Source of the DNA: Bdellovibrionales bacterium
Lineage (GTDB): Bacteria; Bdellovibrionota; Bdellovibrionia; Bdellovibrionales; UBA840
Direction: 5' to 3'
DNA length: 11,574 nucleotides
NCBI GenBank assembly: GCA_037969075.1
Contig: JBBKWS010000169.1
Coordinates: 1-11,574, forward strand
The notes beneath the pieces are model-generated. The model saw nothing but the letters and a program-made list of their open reading frames with translations. It had not been told where the DNA came from and ran no database searches. Shown piece after piece: positions 1-6,439 of this stretch (its first letter is position 1; each line of letters begins with the position of its first letter). The translations under genes and the position numbers were made by a program.

Positions 1-16
1 TCTTAAGCCCGAGATG

Positions 17-130
17 CTAAAAGAGTTTCATTAGAAGTATTATCGTCCGGACCAAATAATTAAATATTTTTACGACCGACTTTAATAATTCTATTTTCTT
101 CCGATAAGAACAGTATCTTGTTCTGTTCAT
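17..130 (-). CDS. Small cationic amphipathic peptide, 37 aa (MNRTRYCSYRKKIELLKSVVKIFNYLVRTIILLMKLF); candidate type I toxin
   Basis: Translated by hand; it is absent from the ORF track. The minus strand reads GGAGG-ccat-ATG (SD at 139-135, ATG at 130) and stops at TAG (19-17). The same GGAGG-N4-ATG spacing occurs at the beta-barrel gene (1107) and the HNH gene (11446). It has 9 K/R, 1 E and a hydrophobic C-terminal half. Confidence 0.5.
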   Translation of the reverse strand: MNRTRYCSYRKKIELLKSVVKIFNYLVRTIILLMKLF

Positions 131-227
131 ATGGCCTCCATTTCTGGATGCTCTTCCATAAACCTCAAATTTGTTTGGGGTGCTGGCTAGAGCTACTAGA
201 GCAAAGTGGGGGCCATTTTGTTTTGTT
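131..227 (+). ncRNA. Candidate structured small RNA (long irregular hairpin with U-rich tail), antisense to the SD/5'UTR of the 37-aa ORF
   Basis: 131-143 ATGGCCTCCATTT pairs with 204-216 AAGTGGGGGCCAT (13 bp, 2 G-U). 149-154 TGCTCT pairs with 198-203 AGAGCA. An apical hairpin forms at 162-169/174-181 (ACCTCAAA-tttg-TTTGGGGT), and TTTGTTTTGTT follows. The G-U pairs become C-A mismatches on the minus strand. The ends are uncertain. Confidence 0.4.
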
Positions 228-305
228 GGTAGAACTGCATTAGCGAAAATTTGTCCGAATTATTATTTTTATATCGGACTATCAGCCGAATTACAGGTGA
301 AAACT

Positions 306-524
306 ATGGTGGATTTAAAAAAAGATTTAATGACTCAAAAAGATGGGGAGTATTTGAATAAGAGGATTGATAATCTTGATAATCGCGTCGATTCACTAGA
401 AAGATCTATGAAAGATGGCTTTACCGTTTTGCGTGATGAGATTCGCCTGCAGCCCCTACGTATTATTATTTATCTCGTGGGCGTAGTCGGTAGCTTCTTG
501 GGCATTTATTCGTATTGGCAGTGA
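306..524 (+). CDS. Small coiled-coil protein with C-terminal transmembrane anchor, 72 aa (DUF1640/CCDC90- or XhlA-like architecture)
   Basis: The start is moved from TTG 171 to ATG 306, which is preceded by AGGTGA. It has the heptad-like stretch LNKRIDNLDNRVDSLERSMKDGF and the hydrophobic tail IIIYLVGVVGSFLGIYSYW. The family call rests on architecture only. Confidence 0.65.
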   Translation: MVDLKKDLMTQKDGEYLNKRIDNLDNRVDSLERSMKDGFTVLRDEIRLQPLRIIIYLVGVVGSFLGIYSYWQ

Positions 525-567
525 TCGGACGCTGCCAATACTTAAGATAGGATTTTTACCGAAGCTA

Positions 568-1107
568 CTAAATATCAAACGGTGCGCTAAGAGATAACAT
601 CAAACCTTTTTCTTTTACATTACTTACGCTAACATCGTTTAGCTTGTCGTATTTACCAGAAAAGTATTCGACGTTAATGTCGATAATGGGTAAAACCGTA
701 ATACCCAAACCTAATTTGTAGCCAGTGCCATCTTCGGCTTTATATTTATAACCACTGCCGCTAGGTTCGTAATCTGCTTGATAATACCCAGCCCAAGCAC
801 GAAGAGGCGCGATGGGTATATCCATTCCGGCAGTCACTCCTGTTCTCGTCATAGTTCCTTCAAGCTTTACGTTTACTCCACCTTCAGGCTCCCATGAGAG
901 GTCTCCGGTTGAGTAGTCTAGAGCAATAAAAAATGTGGATGCAAAGGTGAAACCAACTCTTCCACCAATCATCGGACCCTTTGCAGCGGTACCATCGTTT
1001 CCGCTTTCAATGGCAGTGATGTTATAGCCAAGGTAAGGCTCTAAAAGTAAGCCGGCACTGGCATTTGACGCTGAGAAAAATAGGATTAAACCAAGAATAC
1101 GTTTCAT
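568..1107 (-). CDS. Outer-membrane beta-barrel protein (probably small 8-stranded type), 179 aa
   Basis: The start is moved to MKRILG (ATG 1107, GGAGG-tttt-ATG). A signal peptide ends in ASA. Alternating beta-strand patterns occur throughout (LLLEPYLGY, GGRVGFTF, GYKLGLGITVLPIIDINVEY), with C-terminal strand LMLSLSAPFDI. Confidence 0.85.
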   Translation of the reverse strand: MKRILGLILFFSASNASAGLLLEPYLGYNITAIESGNDGTAAKGPMIGGRVGFTFASTFFIALDYSTGDLSWEPEGGVNVKLEGTMTRTGVTAGMDIPIAPLRAWAGYYQADYEPSGSGYKYKAEDGTGYKLGLGITVLPIIDINVEYFSGKYDKLNDVSVSNVKEKGLMLSLSAPFDI

Positions 1108-1126
1108 AAAACCTCCGTACCATATT

Positions 1127-1155
1127 AGAATGGCCGTATATATACGAAATTGCAA
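1127..1155 (-). promoter_or_regulatory. Putative sigma70 promoter of the beta-barrel gene with a 12-bp palindrome in the spacer
   Basis: The minus strand reads TTGCAA (1155-1150)-N17-CATTCT (1132-1127). The perfect palindrome CGTATATATACG lies at 1135-1146. Confidence 0.4.
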
Positions 1156-1169
1156 GGATAAGAAAGGTT

Positions 1170-1198
1170 TTGTAACCAATAGCTGTATAGGCTAAAAT
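1170..1198 (+). promoter_or_regulatory. Putative sigma70 promoter of the BI-1/YccA gene
   Basis: TTGTAA (1170-1175)-N17-TAAAAT (1193-1198). A second TATAAT lies at 1205-1210, and SD AAGGAG precedes ATG 1231. Confidence 0.45.
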
Positions 1199-1230
1199 TT
1201 TTCTTATAATAAGACGATAAAGGAGAATCT

Positions 1231-1974
1231 ATGCGTTCAGGAAATCCAGCTTTACGAGAAAATGTGTTTCAAAACGAGAGACAGAAATCACTAGCTAGTG
1301 CTGAAAAGATGACTATCGCAGGCACAACAAATAAAACTGCTATACTATTGGTAATTACATTTTTAGCAGCGGGCTATATGTGGAATTACATCCAGCAAAA
1401 TCCAACGGCCATTGTACCGGCATACTTATTTGGGAGTGCAATAGCAGCGTTTGTACTTAGTCTTGTAATTATCTTTAAAAAAACAACGGCTCCTTATTTA
1501 GCCCCTGTTTACTGTGTGCTTGAGGGGGTATTCTTAGGAAGTATTTCTTTATTTATGGAGCAAAAGTATCCTGGTATAGTTACTCAGGCAATTGTAGCTA
1601 CGTTTGGCGTACTTGCAGGATTACTTGTGGCCTATAAGACCCAGCTAATTAAAGTAACTGAAAACTTTAAATTAGGTGTTTTTGCCGCTACGGCAGGAAT
1701 TGCATTTATATATTTAGCTTCTTTTATCGCGGGTTTCTTTGGTGTGCAGGTTCCTGTTCTACACGAGTCCTCTCCCATGGGAATTGGCATTAGTGTTGTG
1801 ATTGTGATTGTAGCGGCCCTAAACCTTGTTTTAGATTTTGATTTTATTGAAAACGGCGAAAAAATTGGGGCTCCTAAGTATATGGAGTGGTATGCAGCCT
1901 TTGGTTTGTTGATCACATTGATCTGGCTGTACTTAGAGCTTCTTAGACTCTTAGCGAAAATCAAGGATCGCTAG
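1231..1974 (+). CDS. Bax inhibitor-1/YccA family integral membrane protein
   Basis: About 7 hydrophobic segments, N-terminal MRSGNPAL and C-terminal LVLDFDFIE...GAPKYMEWYAAFGLLITLIWLYLELLRLL, all typical of the bacterial BaxI_1 family. Good SD. Confidence 0.92.
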   Translation: MRSGNPALRENVFQNERQKSLASAEKMTIAGTTNKTAILLVITFLAAGYMWNYIQQNPTAIVPAYLFGSAIAAFVLSLVIIFKKTTAPYLAPVYCVLEGVFLGSISLFMEQKYPGIVTQAIVATFGVLAGLLVAYKTQLIKVTENFKLGVFAATAGIAFIYLASFIAGFFGVQVPVLHESSPMGIGISVVIVIVAALNLVLDFDFIENGEKIGAPKYMEWYAAFGLLITLIWLYLELLRLLAKIKDR

Positions 1975-1978
1975 GCTT

Positions 1979-2007
1979 TTGACAAAGTGGTTTTGCGGTG
2001 CTGTAGT
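1979..2007 (+). promoter_or_regulatory. Putative sigma70 promoter of the 2033 gene
   Basis: Perfect TTGACA (1979-1984)-N17-TGTAGT (2002-2007). Confidence 0.4.
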
Positions 2008-2032
2008 AATGACAAATATATAAGGGGGTCTA

Positions 2033-2482
2033 ATGAAGTCTATTTTTATCGGTCTAATGTTACTGTCGTTTAATGTGTTTGCTGATGGTGTTGAAATGGT
2101 TGAGCAAGAGTCTACGTTTACATACAGCAGTAATCGTGCATATTACGCTTGTAGTTATGCAGAGGCTCAAACTAAAAAATACATCCAACAAATGGGTGGA
2201 GAAGTTGTAAAAGTTCGCTGCTCTGGTGGTTTTCCAGATTCACCATTTGTAACGGTAAATATGCATTTTACTAACTTTAAAGCGTCTAACAGTGCTGATG
2301 CAATGACTAGCGAGTGGATGGTAGTGAAAATTCGTGGTAATGAGTCTTGCGAATTTAACAAGAAGTTAGTTGAACACTTACTTCCGCAATTTGAGACTAG
2401 AAATTTACAAGCCAGAGAGTTCTGTAATGTATCAGAAGGCAGATATCAGTACGCATTTGAATCATTAGTTGCTGCTGAATAA
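2033..2482 (+). CDS. Secreted hypothetical protein, 149 aa, four Cys (probably disulfide-bonded)
   Basis: SD AAGGGGG, signal peptide MKSIFIGLMLLSFNVFA, motif YYACSYAE...VRCSGG, and a terminator downstream. Confidence 0.8.
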   Translation: MKSIFIGLMLLSFNVFADGVEMVEQESTFTYSSNRAYYACSYAEAQTKKYIQQMGGEVVKVRCSGGFPDSPFVTVNMHFTNFKASNSADAMTSEWMVVKIRGNESCEFNKKLVEHLLPQFETRNLQAREFCNVSEGRYQYAFESLVAAE

Positions 2483-2502
2483 TAGTAGTATTTACCATAT
2501 CT

Positions 2503-2532
2503 AGCGGGCCCTAGTGGCCCGTTTTCTATTTT
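2503..2532 (+). terminator. Rho-independent terminator
   Basis: Hairpin AGCGGGCC-ctagt-GGCCCGTT followed by TTCTATTTT, about 20 nt after the stop at 2482. Confidence 0.8.
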
Positions 2533-2564
2533 ATCGCTCTATATACGAAAAACAAGAATCCTTA

Positions 2565-2594
2565 TTGTCTTTTTAGTCACTAGTATTTTATAGT
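2565..2594 (+). promoter_or_regulatory. Putative sigma70 promoter placing the transcription start at the ATG (leaderless)
   Basis: TTGTCT (2565-2570)-N18-TATAGT (2589-2594)-N6-ATG (2601). No SD is present. Confidence 0.45.
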
Positions 2595-2600
2595 AGATCT

Positions 2601-3626
2601 ATGGTAGCCAATCTTATTGTAAAAAACTATTTACGTCTTCGCAGCGCTCTATACTTAGCAGAATCATTGCCGGTCATTAATCTGCAGAAATGGGTTTCAG
2701 ACTCATTTAGTACTTACAAGGTGAGTGCTAAAGAACTGAAAACTCTTGAAGTTGAAGTTGAAAAGCTTTTTGCTGAGGACGCAAAAAATTTTTCTACAGG
2801 TGTTTATCCCATTGAGCTATTAAAACCTGAGTCAGTAGTAAAACACACAAAACGATTTGCCGGTATATTAGCGGATAATATATTTGTGACCTGGAGAAAA
2901 CGTGGAAAACAAAATAAAAAGTTTTCTAAAGTAGCATCTAGAGATTTAATGGCGGTTCCAGAATACTACCGTCGTAACTTTCATTTTCAGACGGATGGAT
3001 ACTTATCTAAGGATTCTGCAGAAATGTATGATCATCAGGTTGAAATTTTATTTAAAGGTACTTCACACTCAATGCGTAGAATGATTGTGCCGCAGCTGAA
3101 AAAATATACTGATAACGAAGATTTACAAATTTTAGAACTCGCTTCTGGAACAGGAAACGCAACCAGGGCTCTAGCTGCTAGTTTTAAGCGGGCCTCTATT
3201 ACTTGTGTGGACTTAAGTGATGCCTATCTAAAAAAAGCGCAAGACGAATTAAAGCAGTATAAAAATATAAATTTTTTGCGAGCCAAAGCTGAGGATCTAC
3301 CTTTTAAGGATGCTAGTTTTGATGTAACCGCTAGCATATTTTTGTTTCATGAGGTGCCAGAAGTTATTCGTAAAGAAATCATATTAGAGGCGAAGCGAGT
3401 GCTTAAGCCAGGTGGTCTGTTTGTTTTTATGGATTCATTGCAACTAAAAGATAATCCTAATTTAGATTGGGCTCTTTTAGACTTTCCAAAAAACTTTCAT
3501 GAACCTTTTTATAAAAACTATGTGTCTAACCCAATTGAGAGTACATTTACAGAATGTGGCTTTGAAGTTTTAGGGGTTAAAAATACTTTTTTATCAAAAG
3601 TTGTTGTCGCCAAAAAGGTAGATTAA
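2601..3626 (+). CDS. Class I SAM-dependent methyltransferase (UbiE/Methyltransf_11-like domain with N-terminal extension)
   Basis: Motif I ILELASGTG, post-I CVDLS, motif II AEDLPFKDASFD, then FLFHE and RVLKPGG. It also has the PEYYRRNFHFQTDGYLS...YDHQVEILF segment of a widespread subfamily. The substrate is unknown. Confidence 0.9.
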   Translation: MVANLIVKNYLRLRSALYLAESLPVINLQKWVSDSFSTYKVSAKELKTLEVEVEKLFAEDAKNFSTGVYPIELLKPESVVKHTKRFAGILADNIFVTWRKRGKQNKKFSKVASRDLMAVPEYYRRNFHFQTDGYLSKDSAEMYDHQVEILFKGTSHSMRRMIVPQLKKYTDNEDLQILELASGTGNATRALAASFKRASITCVDLSDAYLKKAQDELKQYKNINFLRAKAEDLPFKDASFDVTASIFLFHEVPEVIRKEIILEAKRVLKPGGLFVFMDSLQLKDNPNLDWALLDFPKNFHEPFYKNYVSNPIESTFTECGFEVLGVKNTFLSKVVVAKKVD

Positions 3627-3629
3627 GAT

Positions 3630-4571
3630 TTATGGCTGAAAGCCATTTGTAACACCTTTGGTGTTAATGCTAACGGCATTATGTGGATGCAAACTTTCTT
3701 TATGGTCTACTTGTAACCAAAAATCAGTAACACTGTCTTCGTTATCTAAAGCTGCATGTAATTTTCTGGCAGCATCTTCGCAAAACATCAGGTTGCTTGC
3801 GTTTAGACGAGCGAATTCTTGTTCATCTTCACGTTTTACTGCGGTTTGCACAGGAGTGCCTAGGCTATTCTCAAGTAGATCGATGAATTTAACAAAGTCA
3901 AAATTTTCAACGTCGTTATCTAGGCGAAGTTTTACCTTAGCCTCACTTCTTTGCGAATGAGGAGTGGCTACAATATTTTTACTTTTTCCAAGCCATTCAT
4001 AAACTTCATTCACATCAATTTTTTTATCTTTAAATTCACCTTTAAAATGTTCTTGAATTAGCTGTCTAGATAGAGCCGCAGAGCATGGACAAGTGCTTGA
4101 GTATAAAACTTCAAGTCCAATAGAAATATTAAATTTCCCGTTTTCTATCTTACTGTCAACTTCAACAGGATAAGATCTCCATCCGGCATAATCACTAAGT
4201 AGAGCTGGACGAAGCACTAAAAGTTCAAATTTTAAACGAAGTTGGGCGCTAGTACTTAGATCTTTGTGAGAGGATATAAAATGTGTTAATATTTTTTTAA
4301 TGAGTTTAGTGTCTAGAGTATTTTTTTCGAAGCTATCTTGTGCCTCTAAAAATAATCTAGACATATGAATGCCTTTGGCTTTTGCGTCTGCCAAGTTAAC
4401 AAACATATCTGCGCGTGCGGACACGGTAAGTTTTTGCTGATTTACTAAGACATGCAAAGGAAGTTCGACCTGAGTCATTCCAACTCGGTCCAACGGAATT
4501 GCTAAGTCGCCTTTTATGGACTCAGCTACATCGGGTAATTGTTTTTTGGTTTTTGTCTCAGTCGTAAGCAT
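3630..4571 (-). CDS. folE2: GTP cyclohydrolase IB (FolE2)
   Basis: Family motifs KGIHMSRL, YSSTCPCSAALSRQL, ATPHSQRS, TAVKREDEQEFA...NLMFCEDAAR and HKESLHPHNA. Confidence 0.95.
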   Translation of the reverse strand: MLTTETKTKKQLPDVAESIKGDLAIPLDRVGMTQVELPLHVLVNQQKLTVSARADMFVNLADAKAKGIHMSRLFLEAQDSFEKNTLDTKLIKKILTHFISSHKDLSTSAQLRLKFELLVLRPALLSDYAGWRSYPVEVDSKIENGKFNISIGLEVLYSSTCPCSAALSRQLIQEHFKGEFKDKKIDVNEVYEWLGKSKNIVATPHSQRSEAKVKLRLDNDVENFDFVKFIDLLENSLGTPVQTAVKREDEQEFARLNASNLMFCEDAARKLHAALDNEDSVTDFWLQVDHKESLHPHNAVSINTKGVTNGFQP

Positions 4572-4687
4572 ATATCCCTTTAACCTCAGGGCCTACGTGT
4601 ACCTTAAAAAGGCTCATTTACCAAGTATTTTAATCCTAAGAGTGTACATAAGAAAATAGGGGTGGGTGGCTTAACATATTGAAATTA

Positions 4688-5473
4688 TTAGTCTATGTTT
4701 TTAACCAAAGTACTCACGGTTTGATAAGCTGCAAAGAAACCAAAGCTTGCAGTTATGTAACTGGCAGTACCATAGCCAGTAGCACAATCAAGCGGTCCTG
4801 CGATGTCGCTGTTTGCCTCACAGGCCTCTGGTAAATGGGGTAGTTCAGTCGAATAAATCGCCATCATGCCAAACTTTGCTTTTTTTCCTCGGGGGAATTG
4901 ATATTTTTGTCGTAAATACTTTCTTAGCTTTTGAAGTAATGGGTCGCTAATAGTTTTGCCTAAATCATCGATAGTGATTTTGGTAGGGTCCATTTTTCCA
5001 CCAGCTCCACCTGTAATTACTATGGGTACATCTTTGTCTCGGCAGACCTTTACCAGTAAAGCCTTAGCGCTTAAAGCATCTATAGCATCTATGACCACAT
5101 CGTATTTTGTTTCAAAAATACTCTCAACATTGTCGGATGAAAAGAACTCTTCAATAGTTATAACTTTACAATCAGGATTAATATCAATCAGTCGATCTTT
5201 TAAAACCTTAGCTTTAGCTTTTCCAACAGTAGAGGTTAGGGCATGTAACTGACGATTTGTATTTGTGATACATACTTCATCGTAATCTACTAGTGTGATA
5301 GTACCCACGCCAGAGCGAACCAAAGATTCGGCAGCCCAAGATCCGATACCGCCAATACCTACAATCAGTATATGAGATTTTTTTAAACGATCAAGTGCTT
5401 CATTGCCTAAGAGGCGCTGAATTCCCGAGAATCGGTTTTTTTGAATAAGGGTGTCTGCGTCTGTCTTTTTCAT
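4688..5473 (-). CDS. tcdA: tRNA threonylcarbamoyladenosine dehydratase (ThiF/E1-like; TcdA/CsdL)
   Basis: RFSGIQRLLG, GIGGIGSWAAESLVRSGVG, DEVCITNTNRQLHA, GGAGGKMDPT, DPLLQKLRKYLR and LDCATGYGTASYITASFG. Confidence 0.9.
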   Translation of the reverse strand: MKKTDADTLIQKNRFSGIQRLLGNEALDRLKKSHILIVGIGGIGSWAAESLVRSGVGTITLVDYDEVCITNTNRQLHALTSTVGKAKAKVLKDRLIDINPDCKVITIEEFFSSDNVESIFETKYDVVIDAIDALSAKALLVKVCRDKDVPIVITGGAGGKMDPTKITIDDLGKTISDPLLQKLRKYLRQKYQFPRGKKAKFGMMAIYSTELPHLPEACEANSDIAGPLDCATGYGTASYITASFGFFAAYQTVSTLVKNID

Positions 5474-5547
5474 GAGTAGAAGTATTATGGATTACATTGT
5501 GAACTTGTATTTGAAAAGCTTTTTTATCATTAATTGAGATCAAACGT

Positions 5548-5576
5548 AAAACGGCCACTGTAAGGTGGCCGCTTTT
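5548..5576 (-). terminator. Rho-independent terminator of the lipoprotein gene (potentially bidirectional)
   Basis: AAAA-CGGCCACT-gtaa-GGTGGCCG-c-TTTT, a GC-rich hairpin with T-runs on both strands, about 20 nt after the stop at 5596. Confidence 0.8.
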
Positions 5577-5595
5577 AAAGGTCTGTAGTTTTAGA

Positions 5596-6297
5596 TTAAA
5601 ATCGACTAATGTTCTCTAAGTTAGTTTTAAAAGTACCTAACTCATAACGTCTTAAGCTATGAAGTTCGGTCAATGTTTTATCAATAACTTTAATTGATAC
5701 CGTCCATTCGTTCATTGCAGCATCTGTTTTTGTCAGCTCTAATGACAAAGTATCTTTTTCAAATTCAAAGTCAGCAAATACCTTAGCTCCAACAATAGCC
5801 CCTGTTAGTTCAAATATTTCAGTAGTGCCATCACCTCGAACGCTAGTTGAAATCGCATTTTTTGAATCAAAATGGTAAGTCTTATCGATTTCATGAATAG
5901 TAACGTTTAGTAAGAATTCTGCATTGTTTCCGATGATGTCATGTAGCTTGAATTTTGCAGTAGCTATCTCGTATACAGGACCTGTAAAGGTATCTGTAAA
6001 ACAGCTTAAATCTACACCGTATTGATTTAACAGAGATTGTGTTGATCTAAGAAGTGTAACGGACTTATCTGTCTGAGCTTGTAAGCTAAGATCTCCAGCA
6101 TCTACTAATAGTGATGGTGCAAGTGCGCACACGTCAACAGAAGCCGCTGATCCACCGCCAGATGGTGTTGGTTCAGAAAAGGTTGGTTGGCCGCTAGCCT
6201 TAGGCTTAATGGCTTCTAGTTCGCTACAGGCGATAAAGCCAGAAAGGGATAGTAAAATAACACTTGTATGTATAATTCGGTTCATTAGTTTTTCCAT
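5596..6297 (-). CDS. Hypothetical lipoprotein, 233 aa
   Basis: SD AAGGAG. Signal peptide with lipobox FIAC, followed by a P/S/G-rich linker (SGQPTFSEPTPSGGGS) and a beta-rich C-terminal domain. No family recognised. Confidence 0.8.
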   Translation of the reverse strand: MEKLMNRIIHTSVILLSLSGFIACSELEAIKPKASGQPTFSEPTPSGGGSAASVDVCALAPSLLVDAGDLSLQAQTDKSVTLLRSTQSLLNQYGVDLSCFTDTFTGPVYEIATAKFKLHDIIGNNAEFLLNVTIHEIDKTYHFDSKNAISTSVRGDGTTEIFELTGAIVGAKVFADFEFEKDTLSLELTKTDAAMNEWTVSIKVIDKTLTELHSLRRYELGTFKTNLENISRF

Positions 6298-6322
6298 ATG
6301 TTCTCCTTAACGTATTACTAAT

Positions 6323-6339
6323 AAGCAGTCTTTGTGCCA
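6323..6339 (-). promoter_or_regulatory. Sigma54 (RpoN) -24/-12 promoter of the lipoprotein gene
   Basis: The minus strand reads TGGCAC-AAAGA-CTGCTT, with exact GG-N10-GC spacing and a close match to TGGCAC-N5-TTGCW. It lies about 25 nt upstream of the start codon in the correct orientation. Confidence 0.75.
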
Positions 6340-6386
6340 CGTCTACAGCGACTCTGTTTGATTTGAAGAGGGGGACCTTTTACAGG

Positions 6387-6403
6387 GCGACAAATTCTGT
6401 CAC
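6387..6403. promoter_or_regulatory. Dyad, candidate enhancer-binding-protein site
   Basis: GCGACA-AATTC-TGTCAC, about 75-90 bp upstream of the predicted sigma54 start site and abutting the -35 of the divergent gene. Confidence 0.35.
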
Positions 6404-6432
6404 TTGCCATTAGGTCAAAGCTGCTAAATACT
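6404..6432 (+). promoter_or_regulatory. Putative sigma70 promoter, probable leaderless transcript of the hydrolase
   Basis: TTGCCA (6404-6409)-N17-AATACT (6427-6432)-N7-ATG (6440). No SD is present. Confidence 0.4.
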
Positions 6433-6439
6433 AGTGTGT

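Noticed and set aside
2..85. Plus-frame LKPEMLKEFH*KYYRPDQIIKYFYDRL*, reminiscent of the M16 peptidase 'F..kyYrP.n' motif with an in-frame TAG (pseudogene or amber readthrough)
   Set aside because: It is too short and truncated by the window edge, and it diverges right after the motif. It is the antisense of the SD-supported 37-aa ORF. TAG is an ordinary stop elsewhere here (568, 1974). Upstream sequence is needed to exclude it fully.
131..216. Hairpin as tRNA, SRP RNA or retron msr-msd
   Set aside because: There is no T-loop/D-loop consensus or CCA, no SRP domain IV motif, and no reverse transcriptase in the window.
171..305. N-terminal 45 codons of ORF 171..524
   Set aside because: The TTG start has no SD and runs through the hairpin. 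ATG 306 has an SD and gives a coherent protein.
1135..1146. LexA/SOS box
   Set aside because: It lacks the CTG-N10-CAG ends; only the TA-repeat core is similar.
1108..1179. N-terminal extension of the beta-barrel ORF
   Set aside because: The SD and signal peptide begin at ATG 1107, and the extension overlaps promoter elements.
4572..4687. ZTP, THF or preQ1 riboswitch, or Zur box, upstream of folE2
   Set aside because: Only weak short hairpins and at most a half-site (ATGTTA) are present, with none of the conserved aptamer cores.
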